From: Planctomycetota bacterium
Lineage (GTDB): Bacteria; Planctomycetota; SZUA-567; H5-PLA8
Length of the DNA stretch: 32,507 bases
Assembly (NCBI GenBank): GCA_045863855.1
Contig: BTVV01000067.1
Coordinates: 1-32,507 of the forward strand
Direction: 5' to 3'
In this document: positions 17,913 to 26,347 of the stretch, piece after piece
How positions within the stretch are numbered: the first letter of the stretch is position 1
How the letters are laid out: each line of letters opens with the position of its first letter
The notes under the pieces: generated by a model
Database searches by the model: none
What the model saw: only the letters and a program-made list of their open reading frames with translations
What the model was told of the DNA's origin: nothing
Translations under genes and position numbers: made by a program

Positions 17913-19289
17913 TTAGGCCAGCAGCTTCGAGAAGGCCTTCTTCGAGACCACCTTGCCGCCGACCAGCATGTAGACCACCATCGCGACGACGCCCGACTTG
18001 AACTTGAAGTGCTCGCTGCTCGCGAGGACCACTTCCTGTTCGACCGGGCAGACCATGTGGCTGAGGTCGCCGAAGACCACGTCCCCGGCCGCGCCCAGTG
18101 TCTGGCGCTGCGTCGGGATGACGGGGTAACCGATGAGCGTGTCGTAGCGCCCCGAGCCCGGGTTCGGCGTGAAGAGCGGCCGGCCGACATCATCGACCAC
18201 CTTCTTCAGGAATTGCAGCGCACCGTCCGCGATCAGCCAGACCGCGTTCTGCCGGAGCTGCGGGAGGACCGCCGTCTCCAGATCCACGAGGTCGCTGTAA
18301 TTGACCTCGCCGGCCACCGCGCGCGCCGCCGTGCCGACATCGGACGTGGCGTGCAGGATGCCGAGCGGCTTGGAGGAACCGTCGCCGCCGAGCAGCGCGG
18401 TATCCACGCCGTCGAGGATGGCCGCGCTGAACAACTCGCGGACCAACGCGTCGAGCGGGAATGCGCTGCGGTTGAGCAGCGTGCGCGAGAGTTCCGTGTA
18501 CGCGCTCAGTTCGAACGCGTCGATGCTGACCTGTTCGATCAGCGCCTCGGTGTCCGTCTTGTCCGCGCCTTCCCCCGTCCAGGTCACGACCACGCCGCCG
18601 TACTGCGTGCCGCCCGCGCCGGCCTGGTTGACGCGGGGCCAGACCGTCTTGCCGGCCATCGTCGGCACGCGCCGCGTGCGCGGGAAGATGTGCGCCGCTT
18701 CGCCCGGATAGCGGAGCAGATCGCGGTACTCCCGGTTCACCGCATCCTGCCCGGTGGCCGTGACGGACTTCATCGGCAGCGCCTTCGCGCCGTCGATCTC
18801 CTCGGGCGTGGTCAGACCGTGGAACGCGGAAGGGAACGCCGCGCGTGCCAAGCGCGTCGGCATGCGCACGCCGCCTTCGTTGGCTTTGTTCCAGGACTTC
18901 GACTGCGGGCGCAGCGCATCGCGCGCGCGGTCGGAGATCACTTTGCCGCCCGAGCGGATGAAGCCGCCAAACTCTTTGCAGAGTTCGTCCTCGTCCTTCT
19001 CGTGGTCCTTGGCCTGCGCCGGTTCCGTCTCCGGCAGCACGCCGGGCGGATCGACCCGTGAGAGTTCCTCGATCTCGCGCATGGACTTGGCGCGCGCGGC
19101 TTCGTCCTTCGCCGCTTCGGCCTTGGCCTTCAGGCCGTCGAACTCTTTCTTCTCGGCGTCGAATTCCGCCTTCGCGCCTTCGATGATCTTGGCGTCGCCG
19201 CCCTTCTCGGCGGCTTCGCACTTGGCGTGGAGCGCCTTCAGCTCCTCGTTGCACTTGCCCATCGCGGCAAGCAGTTCCTTGAGATTCAT
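17913..19289 (-). CDS. major capsid protein, HK97 fold with N-terminal delta (scaffold) domain
   Basis: Coiled-coil N-terminus; WTGEG, ELSRTLL, GDGSSKPLGIL, DDVGRPLF, TLIGYPV, VVFGDLS; AAAGG RBS before MNLKE. Confidence 0.92.
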   Translation of the reverse strand: MNLKELLAAMGKCNEELKALHAKCEAAEKGGDAKIIEGAKAEFDAEKKEFDGLKAKAEAAKDEAARAKSMREIEELSRVDPPGVLPETEPAQAKDHEKDEDELCKEFGGFIRSGGKVISDRARDALRPQSKSWNKANEGGVRMPTRLARAAFPSAFHGLTTPEEIDGAKALPMKSVTATGQDAVNREYRDLLRYPGEAAHIFPRTRRVPTMAGKTVWPRVNQAGAGGTQYGGVVVTWTGEGADKTDTEALIEQVSIDAFELSAYTELSRTLLNRSAFPLDALVRELFSAAILDGVDTALLGGDGSSKPLGILHATSDVGTAARAVAGEVNYSDLVDLETAVLPQLRQNAVWLIADGALQFLKKVVDDVGRPLFTPNPGSGRYDTLIGYPVIPTQRQTLGAAGDVVFGDLSHMVCPVEQEVVLASSEHFKFKSGVVAMVVYMLVGGKVVSKKAFSKLLA

Positions 19290-19314
19290 GGTCGGGCCTT
19301 TCTTGTTCGGGGGG

Positions 19315-20010
19315 TTAGAGATCCTGCGCGAGCGCATCCATTTGCGCCTGGCAGGTGTCGAGCTGCGCTTGCAAGACGGGCAGGACGGACGGGGCGCTCG
19401 AAGGTGGCGCGGTCTTCGCGCCGGGCTTCTCGGCTCCGGTGTCTTGGGGGTTCGCTTGCGCTTCGCTCTTCGCTCCGGTTATGGCCGCCAGCTCGTTGAC
19501 CGGCTTCACGGTGACCGTCGTTTCGGCGAGCCTGCATTCGAGATGGTGGAGGATTTCCTTGCCGCCCATGTCGCGCGGTTCCCAGCGCAGCATGTAGAAC
19601 CCGACGCTCAGGGTTTTGGCGTGCCCTTCGAGGACCAAGGTCCGGACGTCCTGCGCGAGCTGCGTGCTGGCGAGCTTCGCCCGAATCCACAGTCCGTAGT
19701 CGTCTTCCTTGGCCTCGACGATGGTGCCGATGCAATCGAGCACGTCGCCGCCGTACTTGTAGTGATGCGCCATCAACTTCACTTTGCCGGCGGGCACCTG
19801 CAGTTGGATCGTCCGCGCGAAGCAGCCTTTGACGAAGACCTCACCCTGGGCGTCGATATTGCCGAAGACGGCGGCGTAGCCTTCGATCCAGCCGGAATCG
19901 GTTTCGCCATCGGCCTTCGCGGCCAGGCGCGTGTTCTCGCCGTCCAGCCAGTTGACCCGGCGGGCATAGCGGTCGATCACGCGCTGCGTGGGGCGGGCTT
20001 CCGTGCTCAT
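19315..20010 (-). CDS. HK97-family prohead protease
   Basis: IEGYAAVFGNID..GEVF.KG.F, LMAHH, EDDYGL, LSVGF. Confidence 0.9.
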   Translation of the reverse strand: MSTEARPTQRVIDRYARRVNWLDGENTRLAAKADGETDSGWIEGYAAVFGNIDAQGEVFVKGCFARTIQLQVPAGKVKLMAHHYKYGGDVLDCIGTIVEAKEDDYGLWIRAKLASTQLAQDVRTLVLEGHAKTLSVGFYMLRWEPRDMGGKEILHHLECRLAETTVTVKPVNELAAITGAKSEAQANPQDTGAEKPGAKTAPPSSAPSVLPVLQAQLDTCQAQMDALAQDL

Positions 20011-20016
20011 GCCGAG

Positions 20017-20026
20017 ATAGATACGG
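20017..20026 (-). promoter_or_regulatory. late promoter motif CCGTATCTAT (protease-capsid operon)
   Basis: Exact copy 6 nt before the protease ATG. Confidence 0.8.
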
Positions 20027-20057
20027 AAAAGCAAAACAGACCGCGCAAGGGCGGCCC
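20027..20057 (-). terminator. possible terminator after the MuF cassette
   Basis: GGGCCGC CCTTGC GCGGTCT followed by GTTTTGCTTTT. Confidence 0.4.
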
Positions 20058-20086
20058 GTCAGGTGGCGAGATGGGGATTCAAGCGG

Positions 20087-20278
20087 CTACAGCGACGGGG
20101 GTTGAATCTCTTGGATTTCCAGGCGCAGCTTACCTTCTTTGTCGTACCAGATTTTGACGTCGCGGACCTTCGGACCCACCGGAATCAGGCACTTAGGATC
20201 GCCCGTTCCAAAGCGCGTGATGTCGCGCCCGGTGGTCGGGTCGGTGATGCGAATGTCCTTGGGTCTTGAAGTGCGCAT
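20087..20278 (-). CDS. small protein (63 aa), candidate immunity protein for the MuF toxin
   Basis: GGTGGA RBS; directly downstream of MuF-ART. Confidence 0.5.
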   Translation of the reverse strand: MRTSRPKDIRITDPTTGRDITRFGTGDPKCLIPVGPKVRDVKIWYDKEGKLRLEIQEIQPPSL

Positions 20279-20294
20279 CAATCCACCAATTGAA

Positions 20295-21740
20295 TTACGA
20301 AGCCTTCGATCTCGGCGGTGCCCATTCGGATCGTACTTTGAGCGGGCTGCCTTTAGGCAAAACAAATTCGTGCTCGCGGATCTCGGTCAAGACCTTGATG
20401 TCGATGGCGCGGCTGGTCGAGGCGACCAGGATCACGGGGACTTCGCCCGCAACCCGCTCCACGCGTTCACGCGCGGCATGCCGGGCGATGGAGCGCGACT
20501 TCGTGAAACTCTGCATGTAAGGCAGGTTCACCGCGCCCGAATCGACGATCTCCTTTAGCGCGTCCGGGGTTAGCCCGATGCCGCGTTGAAAGACACCCTC
20601 CACGCGCGGCGCACGGCGCAACGCCGCCGTCAGGTCCAAGTACGCGCGCTGCGCGTCCGGGTCCGCAACGTAAATCCCTTCGTCGATATCCTGGATCAGG
20701 TCGTGTTGGCGCGCCCAGTACTGGAACGCCGCGCGCTCTTCTTTCGCCAGGCCATTCTCCCATTCCTCTTGCTTCCGCTCGTGTTCCTCGCTGCCCGCCA
20801 GGAACGCAAGCGTATCGCCGGTCGCGGTGGCTGGGGCGCTTTGATCGTCGCGGACTTCTACTTCGATTTGTCCCGCGTCGACTATCGGGATCAGCGTGCA
20901 GCGACAATTCGGATGCAACGGCGGATGGCGAACGTCGAAGCCAAACTTACCCTTCGGGATCTTCAACACGCCGGCGTCGCCCAAGCTGATCGTATCGCCC
21001 GCCTCCAAGAACGCGTCCTTCACCGCGATCCGTACGCCGTTCATGGAGGCGCAGAAGGGGCAGCGCAGTTCGTCTTCTGCCGTCAGCCATTCAACGACCG
21101 CGATCCCTTCATCCGCGTAGCGCTGCGTCGCGCCTTCGTTGTACGCCCAGATCGATCCGGTATGGGCCAGCATGTTGGCGCGAGATTCGGATTGAACCAA
21201 ACCTTCGGACAGAAGCTGCCGCGCGATCTCGGGCGGAGTACGGCCACGGCCCTTGTCCTGGTCGTAGTGCGCGGCTGCGTCTTCGTAGACGCGCAGCATG
21301 CGCTGCGCCGTCGTCGCGCTCGCCGATTCCGCAGTGGTCTTGATCCACTTTTCGAGGTTGGGCCAGTCGGCGCGCTGGATGAAGTCGTCGTAACCGGGAA
21401 CCTCGACGGCCTTGGCCCCCATAGCATCGCCGCGCATGCTCTTGGCTTTGCCCGCCGCGATCACTTCGTCGCCGGCCAGATTCCAGCCGTGCGCCGCCAG
21501 CGCCGGGATGAAGCCGCGCTGCGCGTTCTCCAGTTCCTTCGCCCAGCGGCGCTGCAACGAATCGGGCAGCAGCGGACGGCGCTCTTCGCGCGCGCGGGCG
21601 GCCAGCTCGCGGACCTGCGCGTCCAGCGCCGCCTGCAGCGCGGCGCGGTAACGCGGGTAGACGCGCGAGGCGAAGATGCTGCGCCGCCCGGCCAGCGCGG
21701 TTAGCCGTTCGCGCCGCGCCTTGGCTTGCACGCTCGGCAT
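20295..21740 (-). CDS. MuF (SPP1 gp7-like) head protein with a C-terminal ADP-ribosyltransferase domain
   Basis: EWLTAEDELRCPFC and PPLHPNCRCTLIP MuF motifs; ART R-S-E motifs FQRG, QSFT, EHEFVLPKG. Confidence 0.8.
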   Translation of the reverse strand: MPSVQAKARRERLTALAGRRSIFASRVYPRYRAALQAALDAQVRELAARAREERRPLLPDSLQRRWAKELENAQRGFIPALAAHGWNLAGDEVIAAGKAKSMRGDAMGAKAVEVPGYDDFIQRADWPNLEKWIKTTAESASATTAQRMLRVYEDAAAHYDQDKGRGRTPPEIARQLLSEGLVQSESRANMLAHTGSIWAYNEGATQRYADEGIAVVEWLTAEDELRCPFCASMNGVRIAVKDAFLEAGDTISLGDAGVLKIPKGKFGFDVRHPPLHPNCRCTLIPIVDAGQIEVEVRDDQSAPATATGDTLAFLAGSEEHERKQEEWENGLAKEERAAFQYWARQHDLIQDIDEGIYVADPDAQRAYLDLTAALRRAPRVEGVFQRGIGLTPDALKEIVDSGAVNLPYMQSFTKSRSIARHAARERVERVAGEVPVILVASTSRAIDIKVLTEIREHEFVLPKGSPLKVRSEWAPPRSKAS

Positions 21741-21742
21741 GC

Positions 21743-23077
21743 CTATTCCTCGGCGGCTTTGTCGGGATCTTCGGTGGACTCGAACTTCTCTTGGCCGGAT
21801 GGCTCGGGCGGCTCCACCGGCAGCTCTCCGCTCATGGGCACTTCGACCAGGTTGAGCGGGAGCACGAAGACATCGCCGCGCGCGGGCGGCAGCATTTCCA
21901 AGCCGGCCATCTCACGCGCTTCGTTGCGCGTGGCCAGGCCCGCGCCAAAGAGCGCGCCCGCGCGCGTAGCCGCTTTGTCGCGGTCTTCCTGCATCGCCGG
22001 GACTTCCTCGGTGTCGTGATACAGCTCCAAGCGCCGGTCCTCGCGCTCGGCGACGATCAGGCCGCGCGTAAGTCCAGCGTCGAGCTTCGACCACAGCGGA
22101 GCCATCTTGCCCGTGTAGAAGCTGCGCTCCGCCATCTCGTAATTGCTGTACGTGGCCGAGTCCAAACCGACGCGCAGGCCAATCAGGATCGGAGGTACGC
22201 CAAACGCGCTGCAGATCCGCGCTTCATTGAGTCCGGTCAAACCCGGCCAGTCGAGGTCCGACATCGGCGACGGGATCTCGATCTTCGCCCCTTCGCCTTC
22301 CATGAAGAGCGGCTTGCCGCGATTGCCGCGCCCCAGGCCCGCCCCAATGGCCGCGCGTACCTCATCCTTCTGCTCAGGGCTCCAACTTTCCGGTTGATAG
22401 AAGATCGTGCCAGGCACGCGCAGGTTGACCATCATTTCGAGCAGGTAGTCCTGGCGTTCGTCATCCATCGTCACGTCGCGAAGCGCGGCCTGCAGCGGAC
22501 CCATCGAGGCCGTGAGGCTGCGCGGATCGGGATAGTTGATCCGGATGATCTCGCTCGCGGCCACGGTTAGCATCTGGCGGGAAGCGCCTTGGTAAATTTC
22601 GTAGGCGACGATGCGCCCGGCCTGGTCAACGCGCGGCGTGACCCAGGACGTGGGCACCGGCCAGAGTTCACCGAGCTGCATGCCGCGATTGCGCCATTTC
22701 CAGATGTAGCTGCAACCGCTCAATTCGAGGTGCGAGATGACGTGCCAAAGGAACTCGGCATAGTTCATGTCCGGATTAGGCGAACGCATGAAGTTCCACA
22801 GCGGATGGCTCTCTTCGTCCTTCCAGCCATCGGGCGTGTCGCGTCCGATTCTCAGCGGCGCGCTCTGAGCCGAGACGCAGAGTTTGGTCACGCAGGCGAA
22901 GACGACGCCGCGATAGTACGTATCGAGATCCTGACCCTTAAGCTTTTTCCAGATCCCGTCCGCGTCCTGCCAAGACGCAAAAATATCGCCGAGCACGTTC
23001 CAGCCGCCGCTTCCGCCCGGCAGGGGATCGCTCTTGGCCTGCGGTCCTAACAGCCAACTCTTGATGCGCTGAAGCAT
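21743..23077 (-). CDS. portal protein, HK97 family
   Basis: VFACV, HPL..SPNP.MN, ELWPV, ICSAFGVPPILIG, ATYSN, TRNEARE; start MLQRIK with AAAGG RBS. Confidence 0.9.
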   Translation of the reverse strand: MLQRIKSWLLGPQAKSDPLPGGSGGWNVLGDIFASWQDADGIWKKLKGQDLDTYYRGVVFACVTKLCVSAQSAPLRIGRDTPDGWKDEESHPLWNFMRSPNPDMNYAEFLWHVISHLELSGCSYIWKWRNRGMQLGELWPVPTSWVTPRVDQAGRIVAYEIYQGASRQMLTVAASEIIRINYPDPRSLTASMGPLQAALRDVTMDDERQDYLLEMMVNLRVPGTIFYQPESWSPEQKDEVRAAIGAGLGRGNRGKPLFMEGEGAKIEIPSPMSDLDWPGLTGLNEARICSAFGVPPILIGLRVGLDSATYSNYEMAERSFYTGKMAPLWSKLDAGLTRGLIVAEREDRRLELYHDTEEVPAMQEDRDKAATRAGALFGAGLATRNEAREMAGLEMLPPARGDVFVLPLNLVEVPMSGELPVEPPEPSGQEKFESTEDPDKAAEE

Positions 23078-23097
23078 GCGTCCGCCTTTCGAGAGAG

Positions 23098-24618
23098 TCA
23101 GGAACTCAAGCCCATGCGCCGGCGCATGGTGATGGCTTCGCCGGCCGTGATGAAAAGACTGTCCGCCTGGTCGTCGTGTTTGGCCTTGGGTACCGCGCCG
23201 AGTTCCTCGATCCACGCCGCGTTCCATGGGGCGCGCAGGATCTTCACCTTCCCGGCCTCGAAGAGCGGCTCGAAGTGCGACCAGCGCGAGACCTTGTCGC
23301 CCTTCGGATTGACTTTGCGGACCGTGGCTTCGCCGGAGAGCAGACCACGGACGCGGTTGAAGGTGTCGAGGTAGCCGGCCACCGCTTCCACGCGGACCGT
23401 AACGGCGCGGCCGTCGCGCCTGGCTGTCGCCAAAATTCGTTCGTCGCGCTTGAGCGCCGACCATTGACCGCGCTGGACATCGCCCACCCACAGGCAATCG
23501 CCGTCGAAGGCCGCGAGCGTACCGACCGTGTAATCGGGATCGTCCTTGACGCGTTCCTTCTCGGTGCTCGCCAGATCCCAACCGCGCGTCCAGCGCAGGT
23601 TGTCGGGCAGGCGATCCACGATCTCGACCAGGTCGGCGCGCAGAAGCCGTCCGGTACGTGGACGAGGATTGCCCTGGTAGAGCGATTCCCACGCATACGC
23701 ACCGACGCTTGCCCGAACGGCGGCGTACCAACGCGACGAAAAGCGCTCCGGAAAGAGCCAGTTTCCGTCCTCGTACTGCGCCGGGAAGTGAATGACCTCG
23801 AAGCGCGGGAACTCGGGGTTCTTTTTCATCTCCTCGAAGATGCGCCCGACCAGGTCGTCTTCGTGCCAGCGTGTGGCCGTGATGAAGACGGCGTGCGCGG
23901 GCGCCAGGCGCGTCATGAGGTCGTTTCGGAAGGCGTCCCAAACCTTGTCGCGAAGCGTCTCCGACTCGGCCTCCTCGCGGTTCTTACAGTAGTCGTCGAT
24001 CAGCAGGAAGTGCGCGCCTCGCCCGGTCACCGCGCCGCCCAAGCCCACCGCGAACATCGCGCCGCCCTTGCCTTCAACCGCCCAAGCTCCGACCTGGTTG
24101 AGATCGTCGGAGATCCTCAAGCCGTGCTTTGGCGCGTATTCGGCGAAGCGTTTACGCGCGACGCGCGAGAAGCCTTCGGCCAGGTCCGCCGCGTAGGTGG
24201 CGAGCATGACTTCGTGATTCGGGCAGCGCTGCAACTGCCACGACGGAAACGCGCGAGAACAGATGTCCGACTTGCCGTGGCGCGGCGGCATGACCACGAT
24301 GCGGTAGACGCTGCGGCCTGCGAGGACCGCGTCGCTCGCAGCCTGAAGCTCGGCGATCAGGCGTTCGGTGTGCCGACCGAATAGATAATTAGGGCTGAGG
24401 GGAAACGCTTGGAGGTGCTCGCGGAAGGTTTCGCTGGAAGCCTTCGCGCGCGCGCGCTCGGCCTCGCGCGCGACCTGGCCCAGAGTTTCCGCGATGGGGT
24501 CATGCGTCGCCGTGGGATGGCGCGGCTCCGCCTTCGGGGAGGACTCGGGGTTCGGCTTGGGCTTTCGCGCGCGTGGCAGCTTATCCGGCGTCGGCTGCGC
24601 GCTCTTCTTGCGGGCCAT
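23098..24618 (-). CDS. terL: terminase large subunit
   Basis: Walker A MPPRHGKS, Walker B LLIDD, TRWHEDDL, nuclease motifs GWDLA, DPDYT, HDDQAD. Confidence 0.95.
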   Translation of the reverse strand: MARKKSAQPTPDKLPRARKPKPNPESSPKAEPRHPTATHDPIAETLGQVAREAERARAKASSETFREHLQAFPLSPNYLFGRHTERLIAELQAASDAVLAGRSVYRIVVMPPRHGKSDICSRAFPSWQLQRCPNHEVMLATYAADLAEGFSRVARKRFAEYAPKHGLRISDDLNQVGAWAVEGKGGAMFAVGLGGAVTGRGAHFLLIDDYCKNREEAESETLRDKVWDAFRNDLMTRLAPAHAVFITATRWHEDDLVGRIFEEMKKNPEFPRFEVIHFPAQYEDGNWLFPERFSSRWYAAVRASVGAYAWESLYQGNPRPRTGRLLRADLVEIVDRLPDNLRWTRGWDLASTEKERVKDDPDYTVGTLAAFDGDCLWVGDVQRGQWSALKRDERILATARRDGRAVTVRVEAVAGYLDTFNRVRGLLSGEATVRKVNPKGDKVSRWSHFEPLFEAGKVKILRAPWNAAWIEELGAVPKAKHDDQADSLFITAGEAITMRRRMGLSS

Positions 24619-25198
24619 CGTCGGGTGCCTCGTGCGTTTCGCGCGCCGTCGTGATGCGCGCTTGGTATTCCTTCAACCAGTCCTTCAAGATCGAGGGCGC
24701 GGCTTCAGGCACGCGCTTGGACAGCACGGCCTTCATGCTTTCGATCAGTGCCTGCGCCTGCCAGGTCTCGGCGACGACGGGCGCGGCGTCCTTGCGCGCG
24801 GCGGCGGTGAAGGCCTCCAGGCGTTCCCACAGCCGGATCAGCAGGCGCTTGTCGACGTCGGGCTTGTCCATTTCCTCTTCGAGCTTGTCGAAGAGTTTGG
24901 CGGCGCGCGCCTCCATGGCGTGCAGGCGCTCGGCCACCGTGCCCTGGATCTCGGCCTTGAGGCGGGTCCGCTCCGTCTCGCGGATCGCGGACTCGCGCTC
25001 TTCGGCGACGATCTTGGCCTGCGCCTCAACCAGCGACTGGAACTTCGAGTCTTTCAGGTAACGACGAACGGTGGACTCGCCGACGCGGCCGACTTCGGCG
25101 CTGCGTTCGCCCAGCCATCGCACGGCGGCAGCGACGTTGTATGCGTGCAATGCAACCGCGTAAGCAATGATGTCGAGTTGTCGCCCGGCGTAGGCCAT
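24581..25198 (-). CDS. putative terminase small subunit
   Basis: Overlaps the terL start; N-terminal HTH (VGESTVRRY) followed by a coiled coil. Confidence 0.55.
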   Translation of the reverse strand: MAYAGRQLDIIAYAVALHAYNVAAAVRWLGERSAEVGRVGESTVRRYLKDSKFQSLVEAQAKIVAEERESAIRETERTRLKAEIQGTVAERLHAMEARAAKLFDKLEEEMDKPDVDKRLLIRLWERLEAFTAAARKDAAPVVAETWQAQALIESMKAVLSKRVPEAAPSILKDWLKEYQARITTARETHEAPDDGPQEERAADAG

Positions 25199-25201
25199 GG
25201 C

Positions 25202-25675
25202 CTACCCTCCGAGCAGTTTGGATACGACCGCCGCGATGGCTCCACCCGCGCCGCCGGCGGCGGTGAGCCCACCGGCTTTCATGGCCAGTGCTTTGATATC
25301 CACCGAGTGCTCATTGACTTTCTCGGTGACCTTTTCGCCCTTGCCTTCCGCGCTGGCCTGGCGTGTTTCTAGCGCCTCGAAGCGGCGCTCGCCTTCGGTC
25401 AGGCGCGTCTCGATCCGTGCAATGGAAGTGCTGTGCTTGGAGAGTTCCTTGGCGTGGCTTTCTTGGCCCTGTTTGAGTTCGCGCAGTTCGCCGCGCATCT
25501 CCGAACGGAGGGAGTCGATGCGGCGCTCGATGCGATCCTCGGTGACCGCAAGCTTTTCGTCGAGGTGCCGCTTGATGGACTCGGTTTCCTGGCGCTGGTT
25601 GATCTGCACCAGCTTCGCCAGGTGCTCCGCGATGGCTTCGAGTTCAGGGTTCGGAGTCTCGGGCATGGATTGCAT
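25202..25675 (-). CDS. coiled-coil protein with a C-terminal hydrophobic anchor (alternative start at 25666)
   Basis: Heptad repeats; GGLTAAGGAGGAIAAVVSKLL tail; first late gene. Confidence 0.65.
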   Translation of the reverse strand: MQSMPETPNPELEAIAEHLAKLVQINQRQETESIKRHLDEKLAVTEDRIERRIDSLRSEMRGELRELKQGQESHAKELSKHSTSIARIETRLTEGERRFEALETRQASAEGKGEKVTEKVNEHSVDIKALAMKAGGLTAAGGAGGAIAAVVSKLLGG

Positions 25676-25687
25676 CCTCTGCCCAGG

Positions 25688-25697
25688 ATAGATACGG
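25688..25697 (-). promoter_or_regulatory. late promoter motif CCGTATCTAT (start of the packaging operon)
   Basis: Exact copy in the gap just after the sigma-like gene. Confidence 0.8.
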
Positions 25698-25711
25698 AGA
25701 CTTGGCGTGAG

Positions 25712-26065
25712 TCAGTCGAACAAGGGATACCGGCGCGGCTCCGATTCGCGATCCTTCGAGCGCCGTACATTGGCGCGCCCGAGATCGGTTAGCTCATAGC
25801 AAGCCGCCATGTAGGCGAAGTCCCTCAGCTTGATTTTGCCGCCGTGCCGGAATTTCTGAATGCGCCGCCACGCGCCCAACGTGACCGCTTGATAGAGATC
25901 TTCCCACTCCATGCCAATAGGAGGCAGGCCACGCCAGCGTTTGTTGATGGCCAGCCTGACCGCCCACTTGACTGCTTTTTCCACCTCGTCGTCGGTCGGC
26001 TTGCGCCGCTCCGGAAACCCAGGATCGAAGAGCAGCCCAGTGACGGGCTCAGATGCCGTCGCCAT
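25712..26065 (-). CDS. sigma-70 region-2-only protein, putative late sigma factor
   Basis: GMEWEDLYQAVTLGAWRRIQKFRHGGKIKLRDFAY..LTDLGR resembles the region 2.1-2.4 consensus (eDLiQeg.iGl...kF...g.kf.tyA); no region 4 HTH. Confidence 0.7.
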   Translation of the reverse strand: MATASEPVTGLLFDPGFPERRKPTDDEVEKAVKWAVRLAINKRWRGLPPIGMEWEDLYQAVTLGAWRRIQKFRHGGKIKLRDFAYMAACYELTDLGRANVRRSKDRESEPRRYPLFD

Positions 26066-26336
26066 GGACGTACCCCCTGAAGCGAGCCACGCGCGGACGA
26101 CGCGCGCGCGCGGCGGATTGGATCTCGGCGAGTTCGGCGCGGCATTGGAGTTTCGCGCCGATGATCTCGATCTGGCGGCTGTTGGGCATGCGGCCCTTGG
26201 CCTGAAGCCAGCGCGACACCGATGTATGACCCAAGCACAAAAGCGCGGAGAGATCGCGCTGGCTGCGCAGGCCGAGCGCGGCCTGGCGTTGCTTCAGAAG
26301 ATCTGCAAGAGCTTGGCGGGTTGTGGGTGCGGTCAC
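26049..26336 (-). CDS. XRE/Cro-type HTH protein
   Basis: SQRDLSALLCLGHTSVSRWLQAKGRMP; AAGGAGG RBS. Confidence 0.75.
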   Translation of the reverse strand: MTAPTTRQALADLLKQRQAALGLRSQRDLSALLCLGHTSVSRWLQAKGRMPNSRQIEIIGAKLQCRAELAEIQSAARARRPRVARFRGYVHGDGI

Positions 26337-26347
26337 GAGTACCTCCT

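Noticed and set aside
23078..23941. N-terminal extension making the portal 732 aa
   Set aside because: It overlaps terL out of frame and is Arg/Gly-rich junk; portal similarity starts at the ATG at 23077
2337..25730. A -35 element (CCGAA/TCGAC-like) upstream of the CCGTATCTAT motifs
   Set aside because: Spacing varies (about 9-17 nt) and the element is absent at 20017; not convincing
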